Source of the DNA: Candidatus Bathyarchaeia archaeon
GTDB taxonomy: Archaea; Thermoproteota; Bathyarchaeia; Bathyarchaeales; Bathycorpusculaceae
DNA: 28,461 bases
Assembly: GCA_038883855.1 (NCBI GenBank)
Contig: JAVZLH010000014.1
Span: forward strand, 1-28,461
Direction of reading: 5' to 3'
Within the stretch, counting starts at the first letter, position 1; the number at the start of each line of letters is the position of its first letter. The notes below the pieces were generated by a model. It saw only the letters and a list, made by a program, of their open reading frames with translations. It ran no database searches and was not told the origin of the DNA. Shown here piece by piece: positions 26,310 to 28,461 of the stretch. Position numbers and translations under genes: made by a program.

Positions 26310-28255
26310 TAGGCAACCTCTCTGATCACGGATTTTCCTTCAACGTTTTGAACAGTGATTATGTTGACTTCTTCTTTGGCGAAGGTTATTTGGCTTGGCG
26401 TAATCACAATGTATTGGGCATTTGCATCCTTAACTGTTGAAATTAACATTTGCGCAATTACCTCGCGGTTTCTGGGGTCCATATGGATGTCGTATTCGTC
26501 AACTGCACGGAAGGGGGAGCGGACATGCTGCTGCAAAGCCAGCAAGAAGCTCATTGTGGCTGTTGTTCTTTCGCCGCCGCTCTGCGTATAAGCGTCCAAG
26601 GGCACTGGTTTTCCACCTTTAAAGCCGACGAGGATTTCCAGTCCCGCAGCCTCTATATCATGCCCATTAACAAGCCTAACTTCGCCTTCGGCTTGGGCGT
26701 GGGCCAAAATTTTCTGGTATTCCAAGTTCACACGGTCTAGAAGGCTTTGAATCACTGTTCGCCAAGCTTGCATCCTCGTTTTAACTTCTTCCAAAGCTTT
26801 TTCTCGGTTTTCAGCAACCAACTGAGCTTTTTCCTTAAGCTCCAAGTAAAGTTTTGAGTAGGATTCATACATGCGTTCGATGTCTTCTGAAACATCTGAA
26901 AGAGCAGCCAAGTGGCCGTCTGTAACGCGGATTTCGTCGAGGATTTCGCCGACGCTTTTTATTACAGCTATTCTCGGTCCAGTCTCCTCAGCCTTTTTAA
27001 TGGAGCTGTTCAAATAGGCTTTTGCGTCTTTAAGTTCCTTCTCGAGGTTTTCAATTTCTGCTGTCACGTTTTCCCTACGGTATTGAAGAAGCGCCAGTTT
27101 AATTCGGCTGTCTAAAACTTGATTGCCAAAATCTTCAATTTCCTTCTCCAGCCTCTCCATTTTTGCTTGGTTTTCGCTCATATTTTCGCTCAGTTTTTGA
27201 AGGTGCGCCTTGGAGTTTTTCGCCATTTCCTCCAAGTTTTCTTTTACGAGAAGTTTGAGCTTTTCTGACGTGTTTTCTTTTAGCAGTTGGGTTAGCTGGA
27301 GATGCGGATTTTCGAGAACCGCCGTTTCCTTTAGCAACTGCTCGCAAAATGTTAATGCTGCTTCGCTTCTGCCTTTTTCAAATTCAAGCTTTAGACGCTC
27401 TTCTAAAAGCCTCTTCCATTCGCCTTTAAGCTTTTCAAGCTGCCCATTAAGAGTTTCCATCCGTTCTTTTTCTATTTTTGTTTCTTCCTCGATTTGGCTT
27501 AGATTTTTAAGCATTTTTTCCCGTTTGGCTTCCAATTCCTTAACTGTGCTTTCTTTTCGGTTTACCTCAGCCCAAGCAAGCTCCCTCTCCAAAAATCTTC
27601 TCTTTGTCTGCAGCTGCTTTTTCTCTTGAAGCCTCTCGTACTGTTCCCGCCAGTAGTTAAGCGTCTGCTCCGCTGACTCCAAAAGTTTGCTTATGGATTC
27701 TTCTTGGCTTAGGATTCGCGTCAATTTTTTCTGGGCTTGCAAAACGTTTTCGCGGTAGGCTTCAAGCCCAACGGCGGCCTCAACCATCCTCAGTTTTTCC
27801 GTTGGTGAAAGCACGGTGAACTGTTCAACCATGTTCTGATGCATTATTATGAGCATGTTGTCCGGGTCAACGCCCAATTTAGACAAAAGCCTCTCCACAT
27901 CCTTCTTCGTAACAGCCCTATTCTCCAACTCAAACCAGTACTGTCCATCCCTACGCAAAACGCGCGTCAAAAAAATCTGGTCCTTATTAAACTTTGGAAC
28001 TGGGCGCCTTCCACCTTTCTTTATGTTATCTAAAACAAGTGTGACGCGCGCTTGGTCTCTTCCCCAACGAATCAAATCGCTCAATTTCCTAGAACGTTCA
28101 GTGTACGATTGTCCCAAGGCTACAGAAATAGCCAGCAAAAGCGAAGACTTTCCAGAGCCGTTTGGACCGCAAATGACGTTTACGCCATGTTTAAACGGTA
28201 CCCTAGCGTATTCGTAGCTCATGAAGTTTTCAAGGATCACCTCACTGATTAGCAT
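26309..28255 (-). CDS. SMC-family ATPase related to Smc5/6 (short arms, no recognisable hinge)
   Basis: LENFMSY, Walker A GPNGSGKS, Q-loop MHQN, long coiled coils, signature QSGGE, Walker B/D-loop SPFRAVDEYDIHMD, ITP. Confidence 0.9.
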   Translation of the reverse strand: MLISEVILENFMSYEYARVPFKHGVNVICGPNGSGKSSLLLAISVALGQSYTERSRKLSDLIRWGRDQARVTLVLDNIKKGGRRPVPKFNKDQIFLTRVLRRDGQYWFELENRAVTKKDVERLLSKLGVDPDNMLIIMHQNMVEQFTVLSPTEKLRMVEAAVGLEAYRENVLQAQKKLTRILSQEESISKLLESAEQTLNYWREQYERLQEKKQLQTKRRFLERELAWAEVNRKESTVKELEAKREKMLKNLSQIEEETKIEKERMETLNGQLEKLKGEWKRLLEERLKLEFEKGRSEAALTFCEQLLKETAVLENPHLQLTQLLKENTSEKLKLLVKENLEEMAKNSKAHLQKLSENMSENQAKMERLEKEIEDFGNQVLDSRIKLALLQYRRENVTAEIENLEKELKDAKAYLNSSIKKAEETGPRIAVIKSVGEILDEIRVTDGHLAALSDVSEDIERMYESYSKLYLELKEKAQLVAENREKALEEVKTRMQAWRTVIQSLLDRVNLEYQKILAHAQAEGEVRLVNGHDIEAAGLEILVGFKGGKPVPLDAYTQSGGERTTATMSFLLALQQHVRSPFRAVDEYDIHMDPRNREVIAQMLISTVKDANAQYIVITPSQITFAKEEVNIITVQNVEGKSVIREVA

Positions 28256-28357
28256 TTGTTTTGTTTGCCTCTTTTGCGGTAAATAATAGAGATTTAAGAC
28301 TCTTATTAAAACAATTATGTCAAGCCTGTTAAAAGTGCATCACAGCAAATTGGAGTG

Positions 28358-28461
28358 TTATGGTGTTCTTTTCACTTTGCTGATTATCCAAGGAATGGCT
28401 AAAACTGTGCCTGTTGAAATAAGAAATAAAGCTGGCAAGGCCACTCTCTCGTTCGGTGCAA
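28358..28461 (-). CDS. Possible C-terminus of a membrane protein (partial)
   Basis: Frame APNERVALPALFLISTGTVLAIPWIISKVKRTP*: TM-like segment plus basic tail. Confidence 0.3.
   Translation of the reverse strand, partial: APNERVALPALFLISTGTVLAIPWIISKVKRTP

Noticed and set aside
24922-28255. Wadjet/MksBEF or Rad50-Mre11 interpretation of the SMC operon
   Set aside because: No Toprim nuclease, Mre11, HerA or NurA in view; no CxxC hook; gene order and head motifs fit Smc5/6-related SMC better (sequence beyond the right window edge is unseen)
28414-28430. GTTGAAATAAGA resembling the start of a CRISPR repeat
   Set aside because: Single occurrence, no repeat-spacer periodicity anywhere in the window

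Overview
Archaeal chromosomal window, most consistent with Bathyarchaeia (TACK): unsplit Rpo2 and fused Rpo1, L30e/NusA, ATP-dependent ligase, an intron-containing tRNA-Leu, and BRE/TATA promoters. From left to right: a UPF0175/PIN TA-type pair and a truncated cas4 ending at a degenerate tRNA-Ala(CGC); a C/D-box sRNA; a KaiC-like ATPase and its frameshifted HTH partner; a frameshifted cyclophilin-like gene; a second C/D-box sRNA predicted to guide Cm1402 of 16S rRNA; nitroreductase; DNA ligase; a NikR-divergent nickel ECF operon with a textbook NikR operator and unusual cargo; nadA; a DUF4258/DUF2283 TA pair; a decayed ~1.5 kb island at the 3' end of tRNA-Leu(CAA) encoding a nucleotidyltransferase; and the rpo2-rpo1-L30e-nusA operon. 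The best candidate for a notable system is the three-gene operon at 24922-28255 (-). It encodes a short SMC ATPase with Smc5/6-type head motifs and no recognisable hinge, an Nse4-like kleisin, and a single Nse1/Nse3(MAGE)-like KITE, i.e. a minimal archaeal Smc5/6-like complex. All family assignments come from motif recognition by eye; no searches were run.
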